From: Patescibacteria group bacterium
GTDB lineage: Bacteria; Patescibacteriota; Microgenomatia; Daviesbacterales; UBA10151
DNA length: 61,643 nt
Assembly: GCA_943356485.1 (NCBI GenBank)
Contig: CALRFD010000003.1
Span: 101,815 to 163,457 of the forward strand
Reading direction: 5' to 3'
Positions 48,878 through 57,657 of this stretch are shown here, piece by piece. How positions within the stretch are numbered: the stretch's first letter is position 1; each line of letters starts with the position of its first letter. The notes below the pieces were generated by a model, which saw only the letters and a list, made by a program, of their open reading frames with translations, had not been told where the DNA came from and did not search any database. A program made the translations under genes and the position numbers.

Positions 48878-48950
48878 GCCGCAGTAGCCAAGGTGGTCAA
48901 GGCGGGCGCCTGAAGAGCGTCTTATATTGGTTCGACTCCAGTCTGCGGCA
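48878..48950 (+). tRNA. tRNA-Phe (GAA)
   Basis: Hand fold: acceptor GCCGCAG/CTGCGGC, anticodon loop CTGAAGA, T-arm ATTGG-TTCGACT-CCAGT. The D-arm is unusual (A13-A22). Confidence 0.7.
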
Positions 48951-48985
48951 CCCTTCGAAGCTTTGCTTCTCAGGGCAAGCCCTTT

Positions 48986-49291
48986 ATGGCTCATTTTATT
49001 TACATTTTAGAATGTAAGGATGGCAGTTATTATACAGGTATCACCTGGAATATAACTAAAAGAGTCAATGAGCACAGTAATAGATTGTCTTTGGCAACAA
49101 AAGCAAAGCTTCCGATTAAGTTGGTGTATTGGGAAAGATTGGAAAATAGGTTTTTAGCAGCTAAGAGAGAAAAAGAAATTAAGGGCTGGTCAAGAGTTAA
49201 GAAGCAGAGATTGATAAGTAGTTTAGATAAAAGTGTAACAAGAGTAGTTTACACTGAGTCCCGATTTAGTCGGGACGAAGTGCGGGAGTAA
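48986..49291 (+). CDS. GIY-YIG (URI) domain nuclease
   Basis: MAHFIYILECKDGSYYTGITWNITKRVNEHSN...REKEIKGWSR. The stop codon lies inside a copy of the tRNA-Gly 5' end. Confidence 0.8.
   Translation: MAHFIYILECKDGSYYTGITWNITKRVNEHSNRLSLATKAKLPIKLVYWERLENRFLAAKREKEIKGWSRVKKQRLISSLDKSVTRVVYTESRFSRDEVRE
49258..49276. repeat. GTCCCG..CGGGAC hairpin, copy 3 (inside the GIY-YIG 3' coding region)
   Basis: gAGTCCCGATTTAGTCGGGACGa. Confidence 0.5.
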
Positions 49292-49359
49292 CTCAGTGGG
49301 TCGTGCACCACTTGGTGCATGACGGGAATCTAAATGATTCCCCGGAAGAGTGCCTCGTT
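49281..49359 (+). pseudogene. tRNA-Gly 5'-half pseudo-copy split by a 44-nt hairpin insert
   Basis: 49281..49299 equals 49418..49436 of the intact locus. 49344..49359 (GGaAGAGTGCCTCGTT) matches D-stem to anticodon-loop positions. It diverges exactly at the anticodon. Confidence 0.7.
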
Positions 49360-49418
49360 TTCTGCAAAGCAGAAATGAAGAACAGAGATTTAGTTTAAGG
49401 CTAAGTGTTAGTTTGATT

Positions 49419-49490
49419 GCGGGAGTAACTCAGTGGTAGAGTGCCTCGTTGCCAACGAGGATGTCGCGGATTCGAGTTCCGTCTCCCGCT
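49419..49490 (+). tRNA. tRNA-Gly (GCC)
   Basis: Hand fold: acceptor GCGGGAG/CTCCCGC, anticodon loop TTGCCAA, T-loop TTCGAGT. Confidence 0.9.
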
Positions 49491-49610
49491 CACCTTAAAT
49501 AGTAAAAGGATATGTGCCGATCTAGGTCAAATGGAAGGTGGTATGTATTTCTTAAATTTTTTAAGAAGAGGTGTCAAGCCTGCCTCGCCCGCTTTCCAGC
49601 GAGGTCAACC

Positions 49611-49641
49611 GGCAAGGCGGGCTAGTCCGCCCGAAGGGTGG
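49611..49641. repeat. REP-like UUCG-hairpin element, copy 3
   Basis: GGCGGGCTAGTCCGCCCGAAGGGTGG; family consensus AGGTGCCrrGCTAGwCCrCCCGAAGGGTGG. Confidence 0.65.
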
Positions 49642-50413
49642 GAATGCGAAGGGTGGTAATAATTTTATCTAAGTCTTCCGGAACTATAATTTGATTAGAA
49701 TCCCACAATAGCAAGTTTGCACACATCCATCTTAATCCTTGCCACAAATACCTGTATCTTCCCGCAGTTGGTTTTTCTACAAAGTCATCGGTTGATACCG
49801 AAAATCCACTCCCAATATTACTGACCCTGGGTCGTGCTACCTTTCTATCGTCAAAGAATCCACCAAATTTGTACTCACCTCCTGCATGTTTACCTTCCAA
49901 AAGAGAAAAATGAGAGCTGAGACGAACAACGTTTTTAGTGGGGTGCGTAAATTCCATATAGCTATATATACTAAATGGATTATATGGCTCAATTCCACTA
50001 TTATATCTTTCAGAAGCAGGGTAGGCTTCCGTAAAAGGTTTTAAGAACAATTCAAGTATAAGATCGTCACGCTCCGCAACCTCACCCCTTTTATCCACCA
50101 TTTTCCATCCGCCGTTCGAATCGTCTTCATACTGGTGAAAGCGCTTTAATCTTAGAGCCATCGCATGATTTTTGCGCGTGGTCTCCCAAAGATCATCACT
50201 AAAATATGGGGCAATGTCTCGATGAGTAAAATGTTGGGTTGGAGAATCGAGAAAAATTTGTTTAGCAACTACCCGCAGGGAAGATTTAATTTCTTTTATA
50301 AAAGCAGTTTGATCCACTCCTGGACGCAATCCTAAACTCCCTGGGGAGGATTCAGGAGTTTTAACGACCCATCTTAAAGTATGCACTGCCTCTTCGAAAT
50401 TTAATTCACTCAT
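49622..50413 (-). CDS. hypothetical protein
   Basis: 263-aa ORF. Its C-terminal ~10 codons are encoded by the REP-like element. No motif recognised. Confidence 0.4.
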   Translation of the reverse strand: MSELNFEEAVHTLRWVVKTPESSPGSLGLRPGVDQTAFIKEIKSSLRVVAKQIFLDSPTQHFTHRDIAPYFSDDLWETTRKNHAMALRLKRFHQYEDDSNGGWKMVDKRGEVAERDDLILELFLKPFTEAYPASERYNSGIEPYNPFSIYSYMEFTHPTKNVVRLSSHFSLLEGKHAGGEYKFGGFFDDRKVARPRVSNIGSGFSVSTDDFVEKPTAGRYRYLWQGLRWMCANLLLWDSNQIIVPEDLDKIITTLRIPTLRAD

Positions 50414-50488
50414 TTGCTAATTATAGCAGTTTATAAACTATAAGTCTACTTATAGTGAAGGTGCTCTGTGGATTGAAAAGGGAAGGAC

Positions 50489-50518
50489 AGGTGCCGGGCT
50501 AGTCCACCCGAAGGGTGG
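50489..50518. repeat. REP-like UUCG-hairpin element, copy 4
   Basis: AGGTGCCGGGCTAGTCCACCCGAAGGGTGG; 26/30 identical to the reverse complement of 316..345. Confidence 0.65.
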
Positions 50519-50554
50519 GAAGTGGGAATGATAGTAGGGAATATATCTACCAGA

Positions 50555-51766
50555 TTATTTTGCAGGGTTAAAGCTAACAGGCAGTATCTGCATAATTTTT
50601 CCGGGATCCAAGTTTACATCTTTTATTCTCTCAATTACCTCTAATATTGATCCGATCAAGGGGAAAGAGGCATCCCATCTCCTTACACCCCTATCAGAAA
50701 AACAAAGGGTTCCAATTTCATCACTATTTTTTGTAAAAACAAACCTATTATCTTTAATATCTACTCTTTGACCATACTCAGAAATATTATGACTGCTTAC
50801 AGTTTCTAAATCATAGCTGGCCACATTAGAGTTTACTTCCACCGCTAACTCAGCCCACTCAAATTCACTTTCTCTAAACGATTCTACAGATATCACTGAT
50901 AAAAACTCCTGGTCTAAACGACCAGATGTAGTAAGAACGTTTAAATAAGAATCAATCATTTGACTTAATATCTCCTCACAATCCATCTCTTTAAGTCCAC
51001 TTATATCAATTTCTGAACTTGATATCATTCTAACTAATTCATTAATTGTAAATATTCTAAATTCACTCTTGGCTAGGAAATCCTCTAAGTAAGAAACATC
51101 TGCTATATCTGTACTTATTTTACTTATAGCTTCATCAACTTTCTGCTCAACTGTATTAATTAGCTCTTCTCCTTCACTATTCTTGTAGTCTTTATAAGCA
51201 TCTTTGCTCGTCTCTACCAACTCTTCAATAGACTGCTCAGCCTTAGGATCAGGGTGTAATATTAAATTTTTTAAAAGTCCCAAATTTATCTTCCAGTTGG
51301 AGTGAGGATCCTTATTTTCTCCAACTTTAACAGGCGATTCTGCTTGAGCAAGACAATAAACTAATTCATCATCCTCATAATTAAGTGTTAAAAGGGAATC
51401 CCAAGAGTTATGCTGTTCTTCTATAGAGGATTTAAAGGGCAAAATATAAATACCCAAATCTCCATCTGATTCCATCCTATATTCAGTTAAAATACTCTGG
51501 CCTGAATTTAAGAATCGAACTAATTGCCTTTGTCTCGAGAATTCAAGAAGACTACCGGCAACTGCTTCGCTCAACCGGACTACCTTGGGATTTAGCCGAT
51601 TTGGAAAATATTCAGCTCTTTGGAAAACTCCGATTGTTTGATCATTATATCTAAGCTCTACAACATCCTGACCAAGCAAACCCTTACCCTCCCTCTCAAG
51701 AGTATTGTTAGAGTTTCTTTGCCAGGAAGAGAAAGCTATATTATTTTCAGGATTCATATACCTCAT
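50555..51766 (-). CDS. hypothetical protein
   Basis: 403-aa ORF; no motif recognised. Confidence 0.4.
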   Translation of the reverse strand: MRYMNPENNIAFSSWQRNSNNTLEREGKGLLGQDVVELRYNDQTIGVFQRAEYFPNRLNPKVVRLSEAVAGSLLEFSRQRQLVRFLNSGQSILTEYRMESDGDLGIYILPFKSSIEEQHNSWDSLLTLNYEDDELVYCLAQAESPVKVGENKDPHSNWKINLGLLKNLILHPDPKAEQSIEELVETSKDAYKDYKNSEGEELINTVEQKVDEAISKISTDIADVSYLEDFLAKSEFRIFTINELVRMISSSEIDISGLKEMDCEEILSQMIDSYLNVLTTSGRLDQEFLSVISVESFRESEFEWAELAVEVNSNVASYDLETVSSHNISEYGQRVDIKDNRFVFTKNSDEIGTLCFSDRGVRRWDASFPLIGSILEVIERIKDVNLDPGKIMQILPVSFNPAK

Positions 51767-51804
51767 TATAACCTATAATTATTTAAGACGCAAGCTAGTT
51801 TTTG

Positions 51805-51927
51805 GTACTTATTCAGTGTTTCCCAGCAGGTGTCATTCTGGAGCGAAGCGAGAGAATCTAAAAAGATCCTATCAGTCGGCTTTCAGCCTCCTTCCAGGAT
51901 GACTACTGGGAAAGACTGAATACTTAC
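51805..51927. mobile_element. 123-bp MITE-like element, copy 2
   Basis: 51809..51927 identical to 10908..11026. Flanks AGTTTTTG / AGTTTATA are only a partial direct repeat. Confidence 0.75.
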
Positions 51928-51988
51928 AGTTTATAATTTTAACACACTATAAGTTTGACAAAAACAATTTTGTTGCTATAATCTAGGA

Positions 51989-52531
51989 ATGGTAGAATTA
52001 GACCCAATAAATAATCCAGCTTTTTATCAGGATCACCCGGGTTTGGAGGAGTGGTTTAAGAGTGGAAATCGTTATGCTCTATATGACTCAGACAAAAGGC
52101 TTCCCAGCCCGGAAGAAAAAATAGAGCTGTCCGGGGGTCTGGCAAGAGTACAGGAAAATTTAGTTGTTGCGCAAAGAGCCGGATTAGCTGATGTGTATCT
52201 GACTTTATTATTTTGTGACAGGACACATATGGATAATCTTAATATTCTTCGCGGTCGGGAACTCATTTCAAAAAAATCTGTCTCAATTGGTCAGGGATAT
52301 GTAGAAATAAGAAAACTCCTGGACAACGGGTTATTGGAGAAAAAAGAGGGTCTAACCCGGATCGCAAATTGGGAAGGAGTTTTAAATATTGTACAAACTC
52401 GAGGTTATGTTGCTACCAATGAAGGGTTAGCGCGCAGGGTAGGTATTTTAGAAACAGGTAATAATTCGGGATTTTTAGGAAGATTATTTCCCGGGCTTTC
52501 TCCTTTATCTGACCACCACGCTTTTAGCTAG
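51989..52531 (+). CDS. hypothetical protein
   Basis: 180-aa ORF; no motif recognised. Confidence 0.35.
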   Translation: MVELDPINNPAFYQDHPGLEEWFKSGNRYALYDSDKRLPSPEEKIELSGGLARVQENLVVAQRAGLADVYLTLLFCDRTHMDNLNILRGRELISKKSVSIGQGYVEIRKLLDNGLLEKKEGLTRIANWEGVLNIVQTRGYVATNEGLARRVGILETGNNSGFLGRLFPGLSPLSDHHAFS

Positions 52532-54256
52532 ATTTCTCGGTTTATCAGGATTCAAGCCCTTCTGCACAGCCAGATAATAACCCAATAGCTGGGCAAAGAC
52601 TACGTGAGGTAAAATAGAACTAGCTCCACAATCTGCTACTTTAAAGAAAAAATCAAACACCGGATTTTCTTCAACACCATCAGCGAAGCCAACTCCTATC
52701 ACAAAAGCCCCTCTGGCTTTAACCTCCATAGCATTAGCCATTACCGCCCCTTTTGTTTCATCATCAGGTACATAAACTATCACCGGCGTCCCTTTTTCAA
52801 TTAAGGCTAGGGCTCCATGTTTTAACTCACCTGAAGCAAACCCTTCTGCATGAATATACGAGGTCTCTTTTATTTTAAGTGCAGACTCCAAAGCCAGAGG
52901 ATAAGACAGACCTCTTCCTAAAATATACATATGTTCCGAATCTTTAATTATTAAGGCTAATTTAGAAATCTCTTCGCTTTTTGCTAAAACCTTTTCTATC
53001 TCCTTCGCGCTTTTTTCTATAATACTAACTCCCTGCGCTAATTTATCTGCCAGGGCAAAACCAAGCAAAATAATATTTGCCACCATCGCCATAAAAGCCT
53101 TAGTTGAAGCAACTGCTTTTTCAGGCCCTGCCTGAAGGAGCATTTTTGTATCAGCTAACCGATACAGACTGGATCCAAGAGTATTGGAAATAGTTACGAT
53201 TTGCACCCCTTTTCTTTTTGCCGCATTTACCGGCTCGACCACATCAATTGTTTCTCCGCTTTGAGAAATTGCAATCAGCAAACTCTTATCTGTTAGAAAA
53301 TCTTCAGTGTAGTTAAACTCAGAACCAATAGAAAAATTAACATGCTTCCTTGCCACCTTCGAAAAAAGATAAACTCCCAAAAGACAAGCAAACCCGGCAG
53401 TCCCGCAGCCAATAAAATATGTTCCATATGCCTTATTGATTTGTCCGGCAATTTTTTTAATTGATTCCAAATCCTGAATTTGATTATATAGAACCTGCGG
53501 CTGTTCAAAAATTTCTTTCAACATAAAGTGCGGATACTGCGCTAGTGTTGCACTGCTATGTTCCCAGGCAACTTCAATAAATTTTGGCTCTAGCTTTTTT
53601 AAATCAGCTATTTCGTAATATTCAAGGCTACTGCTTAAAGACACCATCTGACCATCTTCAATGAATAGTAAATTATTGGTCTGAGGCAAAATTGCATTCG
53701 GATCTGAGGCTATTATAAACCCATCACTATTTTTCCCCACCACAAGAGGTGAGCCAGTTTTGCAGGCTACAATTTCTAAACCATCAGAAACAACCACTGC
53801 ATTCAGACCTTCCAGTCGTTTAAAAACATTTGCAACAGCTTCCTTTAAACTCAGCTTTCCTTTGTACTCATCCTCTATCAAATGGACAATAACTTCACTG
53901 TCAGTTTCTGATTTAAATTTATGTTTTTTTAATTTCCTTTTAAGTTCCAGATAATTTTCCACAATCCCGTTATGGATTAAGACGAGTTTCTCGGAGCAAT
54001 CACTATGAGGATGAGCGTTAGCTTCATTAACTCCGCCATGAGTAGCCCAACGGGTGTGTCCCAAAGCCAGGTTTGCAGAGGGAAAATCAAAGCTTTTGGG
54101 CAAAAATCCGACTTTTTTTACAATCTTAAAACTATCTTTTTCTGGATAGGCTATTCCCCAGGAATCATAACCTCGGTATTCTATATCTATCAAACCATTG
54201 AAAACTTTTTTCGGGGCGTCCTTACTCTTACCAATGTAGCCAAAAATTCCACACAT
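52505..54256 (-). CDS. glmS: glutamine--fructose-6-phosphate aminotransferase
   Basis: MCGIFGYIG N-terminal Cys, GHTRWATHG, two SIS domains, C-terminal NLAKSVVV. Start moved to MCGI. Confidence 0.95.
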   Translation of the reverse strand: MCGIFGYIGKSKDAPKKVFNGLIDIEYRGYDSWGIAYPEKDSFKIVKKVGFLPKSFDFPSANLALGHTRWATHGGVNEANAHPHSDCSEKLVLIHNGIVENYLELKRKLKKHKFKSETDSEVIVHLIEDEYKGKLSLKEAVANVFKRLEGLNAVVVSDGLEIVACKTGSPLVVGKNSDGFIIASDPNAILPQTNNLLFIEDGQMVSLSSSLEYYEIADLKKLEPKFIEVAWEHSSATLAQYPHFMLKEIFEQPQVLYNQIQDLESIKKIAGQINKAYGTYFIGCGTAGFACLLGVYLFSKVARKHVNFSIGSEFNYTEDFLTDKSLLIAISQSGETIDVVEPVNAAKRKGVQIVTISNTLGSSLYRLADTKMLLQAGPEKAVASTKAFMAMVANIILLGFALADKLAQGVSIIEKSAKEIEKVLAKSEEISKLALIIKDSEHMYILGRGLSYPLALESALKIKETSYIHAEGFASGELKHGALALIEKGTPVIVYVPDDETKGAVMANAMEVKARGAFVIGVGFADGVEENPVFDFFFKVADCGASSILPHVVFAQLLGYYLAVQKGLNPDKPRNLAKSVVVR

Positions 54257-54327
54257 TTTAGGATTATACCATTTTTTTAAATTGAACCCTTGCAAAGAAA
54301 AATCTTCTTTGATAAAGTAAAATTATT

Positions 54328-54918
54328 ATGGCTGGATTCGAAAGAGGGTGGTGGGTAAAACCATCAGCAACAGTAGCAGAAGAGCCGGTTAACGATTCAA
54401 AATCATCAGTAAAAAGATTTTGGACAAAAAGTCAAACAGATAATCCTGCTTGGGATCTAAGAACAAGAGTGCTTGTAATGCGGGAGATACCTTCTAAATT
54501 GGTCTCACTAGGAATTAGAGATGAGGTAAACTCTTCCAGAGAATCTGATCCTTTTTCACCTGAAGCATTAAATTTTATCGGACTTGCAGGCAGGAAAGCA
54601 ATCCTTGAAGGCAAATTGCCTGAAGAAGCAGTAATACCTTGGGAAGATTTAGTAAATGAAAAACTATCAGCAAGAAAGATAGAGGAAGAATTATTCAGGA
54701 AACTTGAACCGCTCCAACATCACCAGGATCATTTCCGTTCAGCAGGAGATTTACAGAGTTTCTGGTCTGAGGAGTATGCCTGGTGGGCACTGATACTTAG
54801 AGAGCTAAGACCTCTTCGTATTCGGGGTACTAATGATAGGATAAACCCAAACTTTGCACCTATTGTTAATATCCAGGTGGGCAATGAGGGGCTCGAACCC
54901 CCGACATCTTCAGTGTAA
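54328..54918 (+). CDS. hypothetical protein
   Basis: 196-aa ORF. Its last ~13 codons overlap tRNA-Val on the opposite strand, so the C-terminus is doubtful. Confidence 0.3.
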   Translation: MAGFERGWWVKPSATVAEEPVNDSKSSVKRFWTKSQTDNPAWDLRTRVLVMREIPSKLVSLGIRDEVNSSRESDPFSPEALNFIGLAGRKAILEGKLPEEAVIPWEDLVNEKLSARKIEEELFRKLEPLQHHQDHFRSAGDLQSFWSEEYAWWALILRELRPLRIRGTNDRINPNFAPIVNIQVGNEGLEPPTSSV

Positions 54919-54950
54919 ATGAAGCGCTCTACCAGCTGAGCTAATTGCCC
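54878..54950 (-). tRNA. tRNA-Val (UAC)
   Basis: Hand fold: GGGCAAT/ATTGCCC, anticodon loop TTTACAC, T-loop TTCGAGC. Confidence 0.9.
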
Positions 54951-55058
54951 ATTTCGTCGTTTTACTCCTCAATATAAACTACTTGACCTCAGTATTTTAA
55001 ACCAAGTCTTATCTAAACACCATAACTACTAACAGTTTACCCTGAACTTCGTGAAGGG

Positions 55059-55141
55059 TGGGCGAGAGAGGAGTTGAACCTCCACACCATTTCTGGCATT
55101 ACCACCTCAAGGTAACGTGTATACCATTTCACCACTCGCCC
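55059..55141 (-). tRNA. tRNA-Leu (GAG)
   Basis: Hand fold: GGGCGAG/CTCGCCC, anticodon loop TTGAGGT, long variable arm, T-loop TTCAACT. Confidence 0.9.
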
Positions 55142-55189
55142 AGTTACTAGGATTATACTTGAAAATGATTCTAATTTAAATTGTAGAAA

Positions 55190-56020
55190 TTATTCGACTC
55201 CTAAGAACCTCAAAGGTATTTTTTCAGCTAAACTGATCCAGTCTCTTCCTGGTTGTCCTGCATCTGTAAACCATTTCTGTATGTCAATTTCTCTTGGACT
55301 AACCTCAAGTCTCCTGCTTACATCTGCTTTTATATCCTCAATGCCTATTACCAACCGCTCAGAACGATCCTCTATAATTTTATACCTATGCGACCAAACA
55401 GAAACTGTGTTATCCCTAACTACAGGTTTGGGTTCTGGTTTCTTTGAGTCTTCATCAATTGCATCATACAACCATACCCCATCATGCTTATACAACTCCA
55501 CACGTCTTTCGTAAAGACCACCTTCTAGCTCCACCAATGGCTCTAGAGCAAATGCAAAGCTATTAATTAAACCCCCATTTACGTACGTATTATAATTAAG
55601 ATGATCTTTACCACTTATTGCCCATATACCTAACTGCATTCTTAATACATCTGCCCTAGCTAGATCTGTAGTTTGTGAAACTTTAACCCAAGAACAACTG
55701 TTATCAGTAGGATGATAAAAAACAAGCTCTTCACTGATACCATTAACTGTGCTTTCAGGTCTGAAATCATGTCTTAGAATTCTTCTGGTAGCTGACGGCC
55801 TTCCATCGGGTTGAAGAGAAACATTATCAACTCCTTTAAAAACTTCATTATGCCATGAAAAGCTATAATATCTGCTGTCCAAATCTGCTTCCAAAACTAT
55901 AACATCTGATGCAGAAAACAATTCAGGATCATGATAATTGCTTTTTAGGTAAGTACTAAGTAAAGCTGGTATTTCGGGCGCAGGGTTTGGTTTTAACTCG
56001 CTTTCTAATCGGCTACTCAT
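55190..56020 (-). CDS. hypothetical protein
   Basis: ORF track 55190..56179, but the first 53 codons overlap tRNA-Leu(CAG). Start moved to MSSRLESE. Confidence 0.4.
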   Translation of the reverse strand: MSSRLESELKPNPAPEIPALLSTYLKSNYHDPELFSASDVIVLEADLDSRYYSFSWHNEVFKGVDNVSLQPDGRPSATRRILRHDFRPESTVNGISEELVFYHPTDNSCSWVKVSQTTDLARADVLRMQLGIWAISGKDHLNYNTYVNGGLINSFAFALEPLVELEGGLYERRVELYKHDGVWLYDAIDEDSKKPEPKPVVRDNTVSVWSHRYKIIEDRSERLVIGIEDIKADVSRRLEVSPREIDIQKWFTDAGQPGRDWISLAEKIPLRFLGVE

Positions 56021-56065
56021 TAATTTTAGTATAGTTAAACTCAGCAAATTATTCAATATTACAGG

Positions 56066-56150
56066 TGTCGAAGAGAGGAGTTGAACCTCCACCCCTCTTG
56101 CGAGGGACAGGCTTCTGAGGCCTGCGCGTCTGCCATTCCGCCACTTCGAC
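56066..56150 (-). tRNA. tRNA-Leu (CAG)
   Basis: Hand fold: GTCGAAG/CTTCGAC, anticodon loop CTCAGAA, 17-nt variable arm, T-loop TTCAACT. Confidence 0.9.
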
Positions 56151-56402
56151 TTATCTACCCATAGTCTGGATAAGTTCATGAATTATCTCACGTCCAAAAC
56201 CTGATTTAAAGAGCTTCTCCCTGTTTCTGGCCTCTATCCTATTCTGGCATATCTCAACATGTATAAGCTCAAGTGGCAATCTAGTTTTAGTTGAAGGTGA
56301 CTTACCTGAAAAATGCTGTTGCAAACGCCTGTCTAAATTATTAGTGAGCCCTTTATAAAACTCTCCGGTCTTTAAGCTCTTAAGTACATATACATAATAC
56401 AT
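56151..56402 (-). CDS. GIY-YIG (URI) domain nuclease
   Basis: MYYVYVLKSLKTGEFYKGLTNNLDRRLQQH...REKLFKSGFGR. Its stop codon directly abuts nt 1 of tRNA-Leu(CAG). Confidence 0.8.
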   Translation of the reverse strand: MYYVYVLKSLKTGEFYKGLTNNLDRRLQQHFSGKSPSTKTRLPLELIHVEICQNRIEARNREKLFKSGFGREIIHELIQTMGR

Positions 56403-56406
56403 CTTG

Positions 56407-56464
56407 TTCTGAGGCCTGAGCGCCTACCTGCCGGCAGGCAGGTCTGCCATTCCGCCACTTCGAC
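56407..56464 (-). pseudogene. tRNA-Leu(CAG) 5'-half pseudo-copy with an 18-nt palindromic insert
   Basis: Minus strand: GTCGAAGTGGCGGAATGGCAGAC (nt 1-23 identical) + CTGCCTGCCGGCAGGTAG + GCGCtcAGGCCTCAGAA. Ends at the anticodon-loop 3' edge, 4 nt before the GIY-YIG ATG. Confidence 0.7.
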
Positions 56465-56528
56465 AAAAACTATACTTCCCGCACACATTTTAACAAATTA
56501 ATGATTTACTGTATAATACTAAAGTTCA

Positions 56529-57548
56529 ATGAATATAAGTTACAAAAAATACGCCTATCAACAAAAAATAGTCACCTTTGGCGGAGGAACAGGACATTTT
56601 TCGCTCCTTAGGGGACTGGTGGATCTTAATCAGCCGGATCTAATTTCCGCTATTGTTGGCACCTGGGATTCCGGAGGTTCCTCTGGAAGACTTCGTACAG
56701 AACTCGGAGTATTGCCGCCAGGGGATATTAGACAGTGCCTCTTAGCTTTAATGGAGGATACAAAACAAAGACAGGTGGCTCAAAAACTTTTTGATGACAG
56801 GCTGACAGATATAGATGGCCCCTTAAAGGGACACAGTTTCGGAAACTTGATTGCCGCGAGGCTGGAGCATATTTATAAAGGCCCGGATCGGGGAACTGAA
56901 GCCGAAAGGCTGCTTTTTCGAATCAACGGAAGAGTATTACCTGTTTCGCTCTCCGAACTTAATCTGATGGCTAAATTGGAAGGAGGGGAGGAGTTAAGCG
57001 GTGAAACTAACATCGACCTGCGTGGCCAGAAACCGGATTATAACCCTAAGAAGAAAATTACCAGGATCTATTTTGAAACTAATGCTGACCCTAATCCGGA
57101 GGTGATTCAGACTATACTCGATGCAGAGAAAATAATATTTTCTGCCGGAGATCTTTATACCAGCATCCTGCCTCATTTACTGGTAGCAGGAATAAAAGAG
57201 GCTATAGAACAATCAAAGGCTAAGGTGATTATAGTTTTGAACTTAATGACCAAAGTAGGAGAAACAGATAATTTTAGAGCTTCAGATTATTTGAAAAATT
57301 TTATCTATTACCTGGGATCTAAAAATAGAATAGATTTTGTGATTGCAAACTCCAATGGACTAGACGCTGAGGTACTGAAGGTTTATAAAAAAGACAAGCA
57401 ACTGCCGGTAAACATTGATGAGACAGAGTGTAAAAAGATCGCTCCTGAGAGCAAAATTATAAAAGAGCATCTGGCAGTTTACCATGTAAGAGAGCACCTT
57501 TTCAGACATGATCCCACCAATCTGGCAACTACTGTCTTAGAGCTTTAG
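56529..57548 (+). CDS. YvcK/CofD-like (UPF0052, gluconeogenesis factor) protein
   Basis: VTFGGGTGHFSLLRGL, DSGGSSGRLR, PPGDIRQCL. Confidence 0.75.
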   Translation: MNISYKKYAYQQKIVTFGGGTGHFSLLRGLVDLNQPDLISAIVGTWDSGGSSGRLRTELGVLPPGDIRQCLLALMEDTKQRQVAQKLFDDRLTDIDGPLKGHSFGNLIAARLEHIYKGPDRGTEAERLLFRINGRVLPVSLSELNLMAKLEGGEELSGETNIDLRGQKPDYNPKKKITRIYFETNADPNPEVIQTILDAEKIIFSAGDLYTSILPHLLVAGIKEAIEQSKAKVIIVLNLMTKVGETDNFRASDYLKNFIYYLGSKNRIDFVIANSNGLDAEVLKVYKKDKQLPVNIDETECKKIAPESKIIKEHLAVYHVREHLFRHDPTNLATTVLEL

Positions 57549-57657
57549 TAGAGCTTCTTTTTTGACTTTTCGTCTTTTATTTGGTATTATATACAACTCA
57601 TCCTGTTATTTGTTCTTCAAGTATCAGGATTTTTTTATGCTTTAAATAAGCATATGT

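Noticed and set aside
48776-48994. 72-aa minus-strand ORF.
   Set aside because: It lies antisense across tRNA-Phe and a terminator, with no independent support.
51705-51902. 65-aa ORF upstream of the 51989 gene.
   Set aside because: It is read-through of the 123-bp MITE (..SVFPSRCHSGAKRENLKRSYQSAFSLLPG). The identical DNA at 10.9 kb is non-coding.
54257-54327. Looked for a glmS ribozyme upstream of glmS.
   Set aside because: Only about 70 nt separate glmS from the divergent gene, which is too short for the ~170-nt ribozyme, and no conserved core sequence was seen.
57563-57650. TTGACT-17-TATTAT followed by an ATCCTG..CAGGAT hairpin + T-run before the glucosaminidase gene; considered as an attenuator or riboswitch.
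   Set aside because: It is equally well explained as the terminator of the upstream yvcK-like gene plus a chance promoter-like AT-rich match. The leader is too short for a known riboswitch.
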